Source of the DNA: a virus
Taxonomy: Duplodnaviria; Caudoviricetes
Virus record (IMG/VR): IMGVR_UViG_3300032218_003007
Location: 37,647-101,646 of that record
DNA: 64,000 nucleotides
Reading direction: 5' to 3' (one strand)
This document shows positions 27,289-37,308 of this stretch, one piece after another. The stretch's first letter is position 1. The number at the start of each line of letters is the position of its first letter. The notes below the pieces were generated by a model that worked only from the letters and a program-made list of their open reading frames with translations, was not told the origin of the DNA and did no database searches. The position numbers were made by a program, and so were the translations under genes.

Positions 27289-30200
27289 CTAGTTTCCCGC
27301 GTATGCTTGGTAATTTGCTTGTCTACTATCTACTCCCCGCATTGCTGGATTGATCTGTTTGGTAACCTGAGATGTGTCACTAAAATCACTTACATTTGGT
27401 CTAACTCTGCTTTTCCAATAATAAATTGCTGCATATCCGCCGATCATGGGATCAGCCATTAATGTAGGATAACGCAATAAAAAATCCGGGTGATCGCCGC
27501 CAGGCAATGATTCTAAAAATTCAGGATCTTCATTTTCAAATTTATTGAAAAGATACTGACTGGCGTTCTGATAATTTTCTCTGCCTGTTATTTGCAATGG
27601 CCCGCGCCCTATAAATTTAGCAGCATCTTTTCTATTTTTATTACCCAAACTTGTTTTTTTAGCATAAGAAGCAGCTAATTTCTTTATTGCACCTATTTCA
27701 TGCATCTTTTGAAAATTAGCTGTTTCATGCTTGCACTGGGCTAGAAACTGTGCTAATTCTTCTCCTCTTAAACCTTCGTTTACGGCAATAGAATACAATA
27801 TTTTTTCAGACTCGTGTTGAGTTTGAAGTTTTATTTGCGGCTTATGTTTTTTAATTGCTTTTTGTTGTGCAATGTTTTGTGCTGGTGCTGGTTGCACTTG
27901 CTGTGTAACAGCTGGTCTTTCGGTCGGTTCTTTGTGTATATCTGGTGCTGGTAGTTTAGTCATGCCGGCAGCAATAGCTGCACTAGCAGCAACACCCAGT
28001 GCTGTCTTTCTCCAGTCTTCTTCTAAACTTTCATAAACCCCAATATAATTTTCAAATTCATCAGGATCCCCAGATACCTGGTAAAATTCTACGTCATTTG
28101 GTTCAAACTTAATATCTGGTATTTTTTGCCAGCTAAATCCACCGCCGGTCTCGTATATATGATATGGTATATCGATACTGTAAACACCTTCTTCAAATTT
28201 TGCACCAACGTATACATGTTGTTCCATGGAGCAACTTACAGTAGCACATTCAATTCCCATTGAACCTAACACATCACAAATTTCATCTGCTAATAAGTGA
28301 CATATGCCACCGCCTGCATATGTATCGCGATCTGCCTCATCCCAATCATCATATACTCTTTGAACTTTTTCAAGAATTCTTGGCATTGCTGATTTAGCGG
28401 TATTCACAGAAGGCAATGATTCATTTTGTTCATCAAAATTTTCTGGAACATATTCAATATCATAGCCTTGATCATTATCACCATAAGTGCCGGGTGTATC
28501 TCTGAACCCATGTTTTAGATACCATTGTCTAAGTCTTTTGCTGCTAGCTATGTATTTCTTTTTTTCAGTATGATATGCTTTGGCTAAACCTTCAATGCCA
28601 ACACCATGCTTGTTGGCTAAGCCTATTATAAACTTTAGTCCGCGTGTGCCAGCACCTGATCGAGGATTTAACGAACGTATATCAGCTAAATGTATGTTGG
28701 ATCCATATGGACTTAGTTCAATAGAAACCTCGTCATTGTAAATTCTTTCTTTACTAGAAAAAGGATGAGAGTTGGTTTGCTCATAGTATTCATCCATAAA
28801 AGCATCAGTGTTTTTAGAACTTTTTCCTGACAGCTTGATTTCATCTAGTCGAGCTGATCTATTTTTGGCATCAATTGCCATCCATTTATCTTTCAAATAA
28901 TGATAAAGTTCTTTGACTGAAGAAATCTTGTGTTTCATCATGAACTTGTTGATCTTGACCACTTCTGGGTATTCTCTACTGGCTGGCTTACGAGAGTTAT
29001 GCATATCATTTTCTAAGCCTTTGTGCGCATCACTATACTGACTATGATAAATCAGGTTATAACGCAGTGTTTCGGCGCCAGCACTAAGCCTTGATTTTTG
29101 ATCTTGGTGCATGAGTTCTAACCATTGACCAAGATGATCGTACCTTGATTTTCGCCAAGTCTTGGTAGGTTCTATTGAACCTGACAGTGCTGATTTTATT
29201 TCTGACGGGTTAACAGCTCGGCGTTTATCTTGTAACAACCAGGCTTGGCTAGTAGTATATAAAAAAACTGGTATATTTTGTTGTTTGGCTAATATCAAAC
29301 AATGTCTTACTCTTACACGATGTCGTTCATCTGCACTTTTATCATCTGGCTTAATGAATAAATGCAGTTCGCGAACCATGGTTAACGGCAAAGTATTGGT
29401 TCGAGAAAAGATTCGATCTTCACTTTCACTGGTTCGTCCTGATGACGACTGTAGCCACATACGGTCCCAATAATCAACTGGTTTAGTTTTGACACCGTGT
29501 GTGTTAAGCCAATCTCCATCTAGCACAAACATAGCAGCAGAATACGGTGTATAACGATGATAATCGCCTACCTTGCTTCTGGTGGTGCTCAAAAAGAATG
29601 GGCGGCCTTTGGGTGCTAAACCAGCTTCGACTCCAGTGCCAGTCGATGAAGATAGTTCAAATTCTTGATCTTTGAGTATTTGTTCAGCAGCCCACACACT
29701 GGTATAGTGAAACAGCACTGATGTGGCTGCTTCTGTTATAAATTCGTTGCGTTCTGCTTGATCTTCTCGTACTAATGATGCTAAAAATTCACTTTGACCC
29801 TGTGGAAAACTTTCAAAGTTTTCATCTAAAGTTTTTTTATTTTTTAATGCGTCTTTAAGATATCTTTTGCCATCTTTGGTAACGTACCATTGACCTTCAT
29901 AATCTACAATATAACCATTGGAACTCAAACTATCAAGCACATTATCAGCTTCAGCAGTACGTGATTCATCTTCTACATAATCCATGCCTAACTTTGTTGC
30001 AGTTAGTATCCCGTGCAAGAACAAAATCTTTCCTAGTCCTTGGTTACGAAACTCTGGATAAATTTCAGCTATGCTGCGACCTGATTCTGAATCGTACTGG
30101 AATACTCCGGCTGCCACACCATTTACAAACATCTCTGTTCCAAAATAATCACGGGAAATATTTTTACGTACTTTGAACGATATTTCGGTGTTACCTAGTT

Positions 30201-32070
30201 TAGCAAGACTTTCATCAGTGCGTTGATATTCATGCGCTTCACCATCTAGACTCACATGCCAAGCATAGAATCTAGTATCAGGATACTCTTTTTTCAAGCT
30301 GATGAATGCATCTAGATTTGGCACAGCATCATCATACATGATTGCTTTTGAATAATCTTGTTGATTTAGCAATTTACGAATAATGATCTTTTTCTTTTCT
30401 TCTGTTTGAATTTTATCCTTGATATTGCCCGCGCGATACACATGCACCTTGCTCATATCAATGTCAAATCGACGGAAGGTATTCAGAAATATTTCGCGAT
30501 CATTGAAATCTTCACGCGCAGTGACCATCACTACTTTGTTGCCAGTGGCAATATCTTGCTTGAGTTGTTTTATCATAGGTAAATTTGGTCGAGACTTTTC
30601 AAAGAACTCTTGTGCGTCTCGGAATCTACCAAAATCAAAATGCTCACCTGATTTTAATTTATAATGCGTAAACTCGTGACTGTTCAAATGAGCGACAGTT
30701 TTGCCGTTATGTATCACATGAACCTTGGTGTCTGTGTGAACTAATGTGTCGTCAATGTCAAAGATAACTAATTTTCTTACAGGCAAATCTTGAAAATCTT
30801 CATGGATGCCTTCTGCTTGATCAGCATATTCTTTGATAGTTTGTATGCTAGCCGAATCATTTAACAATGATTTTAATCCTGGATGTAACGGCGCAGGCCA
30901 TTCACCAAACTGTACCCAATCAAATGTTTGAGTTTCCCAATTTAACTGCGGAGTAAACTCACGTTCTACCAATGCCATAAAGTTGAAATAGCGAAAACCT
31001 GAGCTATGCTGGAACAATAATAATGGCACCATTTTCACTGGACCATCATAACCAGCTTCTTCTTGCACTTCACGTTTGGCTGCTACAGCCGGATCTTCAT
31101 TGCCGTCAATTGCACCACCCCATGTTCCCCAAGTATTAGGTTCTTGAACATGTGCAGATCTGTACGGCAAACAAATCCTGCCAGTGTCTTTAGCCATAAT
31201 GATACAACCAGCGCCTTGCTTGCCCCAAAATCCTGTGCGACCAAGTTCTGCTGCATGTTCAGCGTCATTTTCTACTATATCTATTTGCTTATCTGGAACA
31301 ATGCGACACGGAATAGTTTTTATACCAAGTTTTTTATAAGCGTGTAGTCGATGATGCCCATCAACCACTTGATAGCCTGTGCCCTGTTTTCTTACTAAAA
31401 TTGGGGGTATTTTGCCGCCGCTTTGTATAAACTTTTTTAATCTACTTACGTTCATGCGACTGCTTAATGACTTCATTTTGTCTTCTGGTTCAAATACATT
31501 AATGAGGTCTACTGGCAGCATGCGTAAGGGAATATTCTTTTCTCGATGATTAGTTACAGTTGCACCAAAATATTCAGGATCAGTACTTAACTGAACCATT
31601 GGCTTTAACGCTTCCTGGATTTTTTCTATTTTAAACAATGGTCCTCTAACGTATTTTGTTGATTTTTCAGCGATAAGACCATTGTTGATATTTTTTACAA
31701 AATCTTGAGTCAGATCTCTTGCTCGATAACCACCGTTGGGAAATATGTGAACTTCAACAGGCACATCTCCTTCTAACTTCTGGATAAAAGTCATGCGATT
31801 ACGACCTTCATGATTTCTAACGGTAGCCGGACTAGAAAAATCGCCATCGTCCCATGCAGCAGGTATGCTGATACTTAAAAAAGGAGCACCGATAGCACCG
31901 CCGTCAGCGATATATTTCTCTAGTTCTTTGCTGGGTTCAGTTTCCAGTGGTGCAGCTAACTTAAGAAATACACTAGGCAGCATTTTGACTCTAAGCCCAA
32001 AATAATCAACATCTTGATTAAAAGGTACAGCACCTATGCCGTTACGGTTATCTATCTTGTGTTCGTTCAT
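27289..32070 (-). CDS. 1593-aa polyvalent polyprotein: ParB-like x2, NUDIX, HAD, GNAT, ART-like, GNAT-like, Cys-His-Asp, GH19
   Basis: HEGRNR; PPILV...VVDGHHR; GGAIDGNEDPAVAAKREVQEEAG; FDIDDT...VTAR...YDD; PEFRNQGLG; FHYTS/FLSTTRS/ESEDR; RSGAGT..WYLKHGF; GICH/QHVY/IDI; FLAQCKHET..GRGPLQITGRENY. Confidence 0.85.
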   Translation of the reverse strand: MNEHKIDNRNGIGAVPFNQDVDYFGLRVKMLPSVFLKLAAPLETEPSKELEKYIADGGAIGAPFLSISIPAAWDDGDFSSPATVRNHEGRNRMTFIQKLEGDVPVEVHIFPNGGYRARDLTQDFVKNINNGLIAEKSTKYVRGPLFKIEKIQEALKPMVQLSTDPEYFGATVTNHREKNIPLRMLPVDLINVFEPEDKMKSLSSRMNVSRLKKFIQSGGKIPPILVRKQGTGYQVVDGHHRLHAYKKLGIKTIPCRIVPDKQIDIVENDAEHAAELGRTGFWGKQGAGCIIMAKDTGRICLPYRSAHVQEPNTWGTWGGAIDGNEDPAVAAKREVQEEAGYDGPVKMVPLLLFQHSSGFRYFNFMALVEREFTPQLNWETQTFDWVQFGEWPAPLHPGLKSLLNDSASIQTIKEYADQAEGIHEDFQDLPVRKLVIFDIDDTLVHTDTKVHVIHNGKTVAHLNSHEFTHYKLKSGEHFDFGRFRDAQEFFEKSRPNLPMIKQLKQDIATGNKVVMVTAREDFNDREIFLNTFRRFDIDMSKVHVYRAGNIKDKIQTEEKKKIIIRKLLNQQDYSKAIMYDDAVPNLDAFISLKKEYPDTRFYAWHVSLDGEAHEYQRTDESLAKLGNTEISFKVRKNISRDYFGTEMFVNGVAAGVFQYDSESGRSIAEIYPEFRNQGLGKILFLHGILTATKLGMDYVEDESRTAEADNVLDSLSSNGYIVDYEGQWYVTKDGKRYLKDALKNKKTLDENFESFPQGQSEFLASLVREDQAERNEFITEAATSVLFHYTSVWAAEQILKDQEFELSSSTGTGVEAGLAPKGRPFFLSTTRSKVGDYHRYTPYSAAMFVLDGDWLNTHGVKTKPVDYWDRMWLQSSSGRTSESEDRIFSRTNTLPLTMVRELHLFIKPDDKSADERHRVRVRHCLILAKQQNIPVFLYTTSQAWLLQDKRRAVNPSEIKSALSGSIEPTKTWRKSRYDHLGQWLELMHQDQKSRLSAGAETLRYNLIYHSQYSDAHKGLENDMHNSRKPASREYPEVVKINKFMMKHKISSVKELYHYLKDKWMAIDAKNRSARLDEIKLSGKSSKNTDAFMDEYYEQTNSHPFSSKERIYNDEVSIELSPYGSNIHLADIRSLNPRSGAGTRGLKFIIGLANKHGVGIEGLAKAYHTEKKKYIASSKRLRQWYLKHGFRDTPGTYGDNDQGYDIEYVPENFDEQNESLPSVNTAKSAMPRILEKVQRVYDDWDEADRDTYAGGGICHLLADEICDVLGSMGIECATVSCSMEQHVYVGAKFEEGVYSIDIPYHIYETGGGFSWQKIPDIKFEPNDVEFYQVSGDPDEFENYIGVYESLEEDWRKTALGVAASAAIAAGMTKLPAPDIHKEPTERPAVTQQVQPAPAQNIAQQKAIKKHKPQIKLQTQHESEKILYSIAVNEGLRGEELAQFLAQCKHETANFQKMHEIGAIKKLAASYAKKTSLGNKNRKDAAKFIGRGPLQITGRENYQNASQYLFNKFENEDPEFLESLPGGDHPDFLLRYPTLMADPMIGGYAAIYYWKSRVRPNVSDFSDTSQVTKQINPAMRGVDSRQANYQAYAGN

Positions 32071-32082
32071 ATGCTGTATTTC

Positions 32083-32718
32083 TCAATTTGGTTCTCGAAA
32101 GTTTTTTGCACCAGCAATAATATTATCAATAATTGCTTTGTCTTTTGGAGTTAGTTTATTGCTATTGTCTAGAATCTTTTTGACTTCTTGTTCAGAGTTA
32201 GCCCATGTTATAATATCTTTAATACGTTCTATTGCGTTTTTAGTTTTGCTACTGATAATATCATGGATCGCTGCTGCTTGTTGGTCAGTGATATCTACCT
32301 GAGGTGCAATCATGTTGCGAAGAATACTGGTCGTGCTGACACTGATACTAGGTCCATGACGGTTAGAATATGGCGCTAATAAAAACTTGCCGACCTTAGC
32401 GTATGTTTTAACAGATTCTCTATTATATGGATCTTTGGTGTGAACTAGTTGTGCTCGTTGTTTAATGTCTTGCCATGCATCATCTCTATCTTCTAGATTG
32501 TCGAAGTGCACGTTCCACTCTGGATCATAGTATGCGCCGCCTCTGCTCATTGTCCACTTAGTACGATGAAAGCTGCGGTTCGTCCACGCATTTAATCCGT
32601 GAAAATACTGCGCTAGATTTTTTGCAAACACTCCCGTGGTGACTTTATTTCCAGACGGAAAAACGGCTAGTTTATCTGATGATTCACTTTCTTCAGATAT
32701 AATTTCAAAAATCTTCAT
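32083..32718 (-). CDS. Putative internal head protein, unknown function
   Basis: Leader MKIFEIISE; AGGAG RBS. Confidence 0.6.
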   Translation of the reverse strand: MKIFEIISEESESSDKLAVFPSGNKVTTGVFAKNLAQYFHGLNAWTNRSFHRTKWTMSRGGAYYDPEWNVHFDNLEDRDDAWQDIKQRAQLVHTKDPYNRESVKTYAKVGKFLLAPYSNRHGPSISVSTTSILRNMIAPQVDITDQQAAAIHDIISSKTKNAIERIKDIITWANSEQEVKKILDNSNKLTPKDKAIIDNIIAGAKNFREPN

Positions 32719-32751
32719 TGCACACAGCTCCTTTGTATTACTTATACTTGA

Positions 32752-33240
32752 TTATTTGAGAAAAGTATCAGCAATGCGCTTGCATAATTCGCGAAGTTTT
32801 TCATCAGCAGTTTCGTTTACTTCAAAATGTCGTTCAGCATAATCATCACTGTCATCTTGCGTTGGATCAGAATAGCCGCAATATACCTGAGCAATGCCTA
32901 CTTCGTGCATTAAATCTGTGCAACTAGCACCTAATCTGTCAGGCATGTGTTTGCTGCATGGACTGAGTGTGGTGATCATGACTGACCCTGGTGGTACACG
33001 ACCGTGTTTGGTTTGATATCTTTGTACAGCAGCACGCTCAGCGTGCACTCGACGCTTGCTGCGTACATGATTGATGGCATAAACCTCTTGCCCCTCGGGG
33101 TCGATTAAACAAGCAGCTACCATGCCGTAATGATCAGGATCTTTATCCTGACCGCGTTCAATCATTTTACAAAGTTTTTTCAGAACTCGATCATAGTATG
33201 TAAAGTCCTGTGATGTATAACTGAAATGACTGGCACGCAT
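32752..33240 (-). CDS. Zn-dependent deaminase (CDA/RibD-like)
   Basis: VHAERAA, TTLSPC-x11-C, GIAQVYCG..DP. Confidence 0.85.
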   Translation of the reverse strand: MRASHFSYTSQDFTYYDRVLKKLCKMIERGQDKDPDHYGMVAACLIDPEGQEVYAINHVRSKRRVHAERAAVQRYQTKHGRVPPGSVMITTLSPCSKHMPDRLGASCTDLMHEVGIAQVYCGYSDPTQDDSDDYAERHFEVNETADEKLRELCKRIADTFLK

Positions 33241-33241
33241 T

Positions 33242-33679
33242 TTAGTCTTTCAGAGTAGCACGCAACTGCCAAGCATGCTTTTTAAATGCGTCTAGCCTTT
33301 CTGCAAGAAAATTACTGAATCCGTGTTCACCCTCGCGTTCAGCAATATCATAGACCATCTTTAATACTTTAGACATTTTTTCTGCATCTGCCAGCAGAAT
33401 TTCAATCATTTCTTTTGCTGGCACTTCATATACTTGATCCTCAATGCGACTCAGCATATTGAAACGACTGTTTGATCCTGGAGCGTAGGCATCTAGTGAG
33501 CGAATCTTTTCTGCAAACTCGTCAACACTGTCCAGTACTTCTTGATAAATTGTGCCAAACAAACTGTGTAGTTCTTGAAAGTGTATGCCTTCTACGTTCC
33601 AATGAAATTCATGAGCTTTCAAGTAAAATGTAAACTGACTGGCGAATGCGATTTTTGCTGCTTTGATTAGTTCTTCCAT
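33242..33679 (-). CDS. dps: Dps / ferritin-like protein
   Basis: KAHEFHWNVEG..FQELHSLF...DEFAEKIR, KHAWQL. Start MEELIK after a GGAG RBS. Confidence 0.93.
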   Translation of the reverse strand: MEELIKAAKIAFASQFTFYLKAHEFHWNVEGIHFQELHSLFGTIYQEVLDSVDEFAEKIRSLDAYAPGSNSRFNMLSRIEDQVYEVPAKEMIEILLADAEKMSKVLKMVYDIAEREGEHGFSNFLAERLDAFKKHAWQLRATLKD

Positions 33680-33680
33680 G

Positions 33681-35210
33681 TTATACTCCGTATCCTGCAT
33701 CACGCATTTCGCGTAGATATGCTGCTATTTCTTGATCTGTTATTTGGCTTTCGTTGGCGTGTTTGAAATATTGTACTTCACGTTCATGTTTTTCAGCACC
33801 GGCTCTGCTGTCAAATGTGCCTAGATTCTTGCCTTTGCTGCTGTAAAGGCGATATTTGTTATCACCAATCTTGCGAATAGTTTCGCTGAGATCAAAATCA
33901 GGTGGTACATAACGACCGCCATGTTGTTCGATATGATCTTGCAAAACGTCAATATTTTCAAATCCACGTTCTTGTAGTTCTTGTTCTATGCTGGACATAT
34001 CGATTGATTCTCGGTCAGCCCAATCACGAATAAATTTGTCTGCATTTTCGCCAATTCTCACTGCTATTATCACAGCGCCAACTATTTGATCCCATTTTAT
34101 ATCCTGCATTTCAATGTCCATGTCGCTCATGACACTTTCGTTTTTCTTGGTAGCAACATTAATAGCTTTGCCACGACGCTCTGGATTAGGATCTTGTTTA
34201 CGCTTGCGACGAGCAGCACTGGCACGACCTTTCTTGCCTAGTGCGTGTGCCTTGCTTTGTGGCAAACATTTTGGTTTTCCTTCACTGTCTTTGCCTCGGG
34301 CACAATCACCTTTTATCTTGCCATCAGGCCCAAATCGAACCCATTTTTCTTTGAACCACTTTTTTAAATCTTCGTCAAGTTGTTCATCTTCGTCGATGCT
34401 TTCAGATTTGTTCCCCCAATTCTTGGCACCTTTTTTTCGACATTTTACTAGTGCGCCTGAAGCATAAGCACTTGGCCAAACCTTGTAACGACTCTTGACT
34501 TTATAATAGCAAGCATCTTTTTTTTCGTCTATGCGATCTTCACTAACCATCTCGCCACCACAATGCGGACATTTTGATTCATCTAGATTGCCTTCCAAGC
34601 GACGAACAACATCAGTGACATAAGTGTCCAATCTATTCATATCAATGCCGCCGCGATCCAAGATATAGTCCGTGACATCCATGATCGCATCCATTATATC
34701 GTCATTGCCATAACGACGAATCAATTCTGGATGTTCATCTTCTATGCGATCTATTAATGCAAGTGTAAGATATTCTTCTTTTGATGATTCTTGTACAGAG
34801 ACTTTTTTAGTTTCTGTCACACCTTTATTCATCGTAGACTGAACCCATGGAATAAATGTTTTTTGGATCCACTCCTGGTGCTGCTTGCTTTTATCCAATG
34901 TGCTAGTATCAGCTATTCTGCCATTGACCATAACAGGTTTAATATTGTTCACAGCATCTGTGATTTTCTTTTGAATATCAGGACTAGCTGACTTGATTAC
35001 TGTTCGTAGTTGTGCAGCTGCTTCATTTTGTCTTCCTTGCATTGCCAATACTGCTACTCGATGTAGATTACTAATAACAGGATCATACATACTGGCAAAC
35101 GCTTTAGTTATATCATCTGCTGCACTTTCAGTTATCTTCCTGCGACGGCGTTCCCACAAACGCTTGCCTGCGTCTGCCATGTCATCTGAAAAAAGTTCAT
35201 TTATATTCAT
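33681..35210 (-). CDS. Modular putative internal head protein (string of micro-domains)
   Basis: Leader MNINELF; modules KKDACYYKVKSRYKVWPSAYASGALVKCRK, DLKKWFKEKWV...PKCLP and TIRKIGDNKYRLYSSKGKNLGTF, each preceded by (I/L)-X-E. Confidence 0.65.
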   Translation of the reverse strand: MNINELFSDDMADAGKRLWERRRRKITESAADDITKAFASMYDPVISNLHRVAVLAMQGRQNEAAAQLRTVIKSASPDIQKKITDAVNNIKPVMVNGRIADTSTLDKSKQHQEWIQKTFIPWVQSTMNKGVTETKKVSVQESSKEEYLTLALIDRIEDEHPELIRRYGNDDIMDAIMDVTDYILDRGGIDMNRLDTYVTDVVRRLEGNLDESKCPHCGGEMVSEDRIDEKKDACYYKVKSRYKVWPSAYASGALVKCRKKGAKNWGNKSESIDEDEQLDEDLKKWFKEKWVRFGPDGKIKGDCARGKDSEGKPKCLPQSKAHALGKKGRASAARRKRKQDPNPERRGKAINVATKKNESVMSDMDIEMQDIKWDQIVGAVIIAVRIGENADKFIRDWADRESIDMSSIEQELQERGFENIDVLQDHIEQHGGRYVPPDFDLSETIRKIGDNKYRLYSSKGKNLGTFDSRAGAEKHEREVQYFKHANESQITDQEIAAYLREMRDAGYGV

Positions 35211-36547
35211 TATTTCTGTCCTGCAGTTCTTTGTGATTGCTGTTGCTGCACGCTTGGGTTTGTGCCAGGTTTTTGTGCCTGTGTTTGCTTGGCTAATTGT
35301 TGTTGTTGTGCTTGATTCATTGTGCCGGCTTTGTTCATAAGCTGTTTGAACTGACCAGCAGTGCCGGGATTTTTAAGTATATTAGCCAATGGGCCAGCAA
35401 ACTGTGCCATCTGACCAGCCTCTGCTGCACCTAGCTTGGTTGATGGATTTGCGTCTACTTTGGTCAATGCACCAACTGCTTTTTGTGCATTGAGATCTGT
35501 GCCGCCCTGGCTAGCAACAGCAGGCTTTACTGCTTGTAAAGTTTTAGTCATAGTCTTTAGATCTTTCTGTGCTTGTTGTTGCTTGGGATCATTTTGTGAT
35601 CCTGTGGTTCCTTGAGGACTTTGTGGAGCTGAGCCATAGCCACTTACGCCACCATATTCATTTAAAAAATCACGATATTCTTGCATCAGACTGCGAGCAG
35701 ATTTTGATTTTGGGTGTTGTAGTGTTTGTTCAAGCTCTTTTAATATACTCTCACCAGCGCCAACTAAACGACCTTGAAATGGATGTTTTCCGCTTTTATT
35801 AGGCTTGGCTTTTTCAGTGCCGCGAACTTGATCGCCAGGTTTTTGTTTTGGATTAGCAAATGAAAATTTAGATTCATCCATATCACTCAGATCTATCTGA
35901 AGATCAAATTCTACATCGTGTGACAGTTTCTTGCTAACTAAACCGTAGAATGAATATGCTTTAGATGCAGAGTTTTTGTCAGCGAATAGTTTTGTCATGT
36001 TCCAAGTCTGTGCTAGATGAAAGACATCATGATTGTCTGAATCTGGATATTTGCTGCCATCTGCAAACTCTAATTGTTGAACTGAATCTTTATTTGATAT
36101 TTTCACTATTTCTTTTGGTGCTAAAAAACCATTCAATCTTGCAATTACTTTATGACCAGGGACATTTAATGTTGATAATTGTAATAATGCAACCTTATCG
36201 CCTATAGCAGCAGAACTAACAGTATTATCAGATCGATCTGAAAATTCATCAAACAACTGTTGTTCTAGATATGATGGATTTTTGACATGAGTTTTTTGTT
36301 CAGTAATGCTGCGACGATAAACACCAAATAGATCAAGTGTATTGGCCCATTGCGGTAAATTTAAATTTTTTGTAAGATTTTTATGAAACTTGCTGTAATC
36401 AGAGCCAGCAGACTCTGACAATACATCCAAATCTGAATACGATAATCCTTGTAACCTAGGCTGTTGGTCACTATACATTAAACTGCTGGTTTCAGCAGAC
36501 AATTGATATTTTGTTACTGCTTCCAGCAGCCTACGCATGTCAGTCAT
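35210..36547 (-). CDS. Modular putative internal head protein, Gln-rich C-terminus
   Basis: Leader MTDMRRLLE; internal LSE, MDE and LNE junctions. Confidence 0.6.
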   Translation of the reverse strand: MTDMRRLLEAVTKYQLSAETSSLMYSDQQPRLQGLSYSDLDVLSESAGSDYSKFHKNLTKNLNLPQWANTLDLFGVYRRSITEQKTHVKNPSYLEQQLFDEFSDRSDNTVSSAAIGDKVALLQLSTLNVPGHKVIARLNGFLAPKEIVKISNKDSVQQLEFADGSKYPDSDNHDVFHLAQTWNMTKLFADKNSASKAYSFYGLVSKKLSHDVEFDLQIDLSDMDESKFSFANPKQKPGDQVRGTEKAKPNKSGKHPFQGRLVGAGESILKELEQTLQHPKSKSARSLMQEYRDFLNEYGGVSGYGSAPQSPQGTTGSQNDPKQQQAQKDLKTMTKTLQAVKPAVASQGGTDLNAQKAVGALTKVDANPSTKLGAAEAGQMAQFAGPLANILKNPGTAGQFKQLMNKAGTMNQAQQQQLAKQTQAQKPGTNPSVQQQQSQRTAGQK

Positions 36548-37272
36548 TTGCGTCGAATAACCTTGTTTTTAGGCTTTTTGCCTAGTGCATCTTTAAAAGG
36601 ATTATCATTTTGTCCAAAAGATCCGCCAAATAATGTACCAACCTTGTTCTTTGGACGATTCATTTGACCCATGCTGCTGGCGATTGCACCACTCATGGTT
36701 TCGTTGAACACGGATTCATCAGCAATCTTATACTTTTTAGAAGTTTTTGGATCTTTTACAAAGCGATTAAATGCACTTTTCTTAAGAAAAGGGTCAACAG
36801 GAAAATCTGATCTTGGGTCATATTGCTTGTAGCCACGAGGCTTCTTCGGCAGCACATCATCTAGCGATACGTATAGATCTTTTGGATCTACAGGTTTATT
36901 GCTTGCTGGTATTTTTTTCGACCTCGATCCTTCTGTCACATCATCTTTGCCTATTAGTTCATTGAATCTTTGTTCAGCTTCAGCCAGTTCAAATATTTCG
37001 TGCTCCGGTTCTTCGTGGGCATGATTCATATTATGTTCCATGTATTCGTGAACTGTGCGCAGATAATCACAGGCTAGTGTGAGCTTTTCTTGTACCCAGC
37101 CATCCAATCCTTCAAATTCGCTGACTTGTTCCAGCATCTTGTGAAGTTCGACGGCATATTTTGCTGCACTATAGCAGTCACCACGCGCCATTTGAACTTC
37201 GTGATCGCGATGCATGCGTTCTGCATCTTCTCCGATGCCTCTGTATTCTACGATAGTTTTTTTCTTGCTCAT
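36544..37272 (-). CDS. Putative internal head protein
   Basis: MSKKKTIVE leader; helical EVQMAR...LDGWVQEKLTLACDYL domain; ATAAATA at 37299-37305. Confidence 0.6.
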   Translation of the reverse strand: MSKKKTIVEYRGIGEDAERMHRDHEVQMARGDCYSAAKYAVELHKMLEQVSEFEGLDGWVQEKLTLACDYLRTVHEYMEHNMNHAHEEPEHEIFELAEAEQRFNELIGKDDVTEGSRSKKIPASNKPVDPKDLYVSLDDVLPKKPRGYKQYDPRSDFPVDPFLKKSAFNRFVKDPKTSKKYKIADESVFNETMSGAIASSMGQMNRPKNKVGTLFGGSFGQNDNPFKDALGKKPKNKVIRRK

Positions 37273-37308
37273 ATAATGATTCCTGATAACTGTTTATATA
37301 TTTATTGA

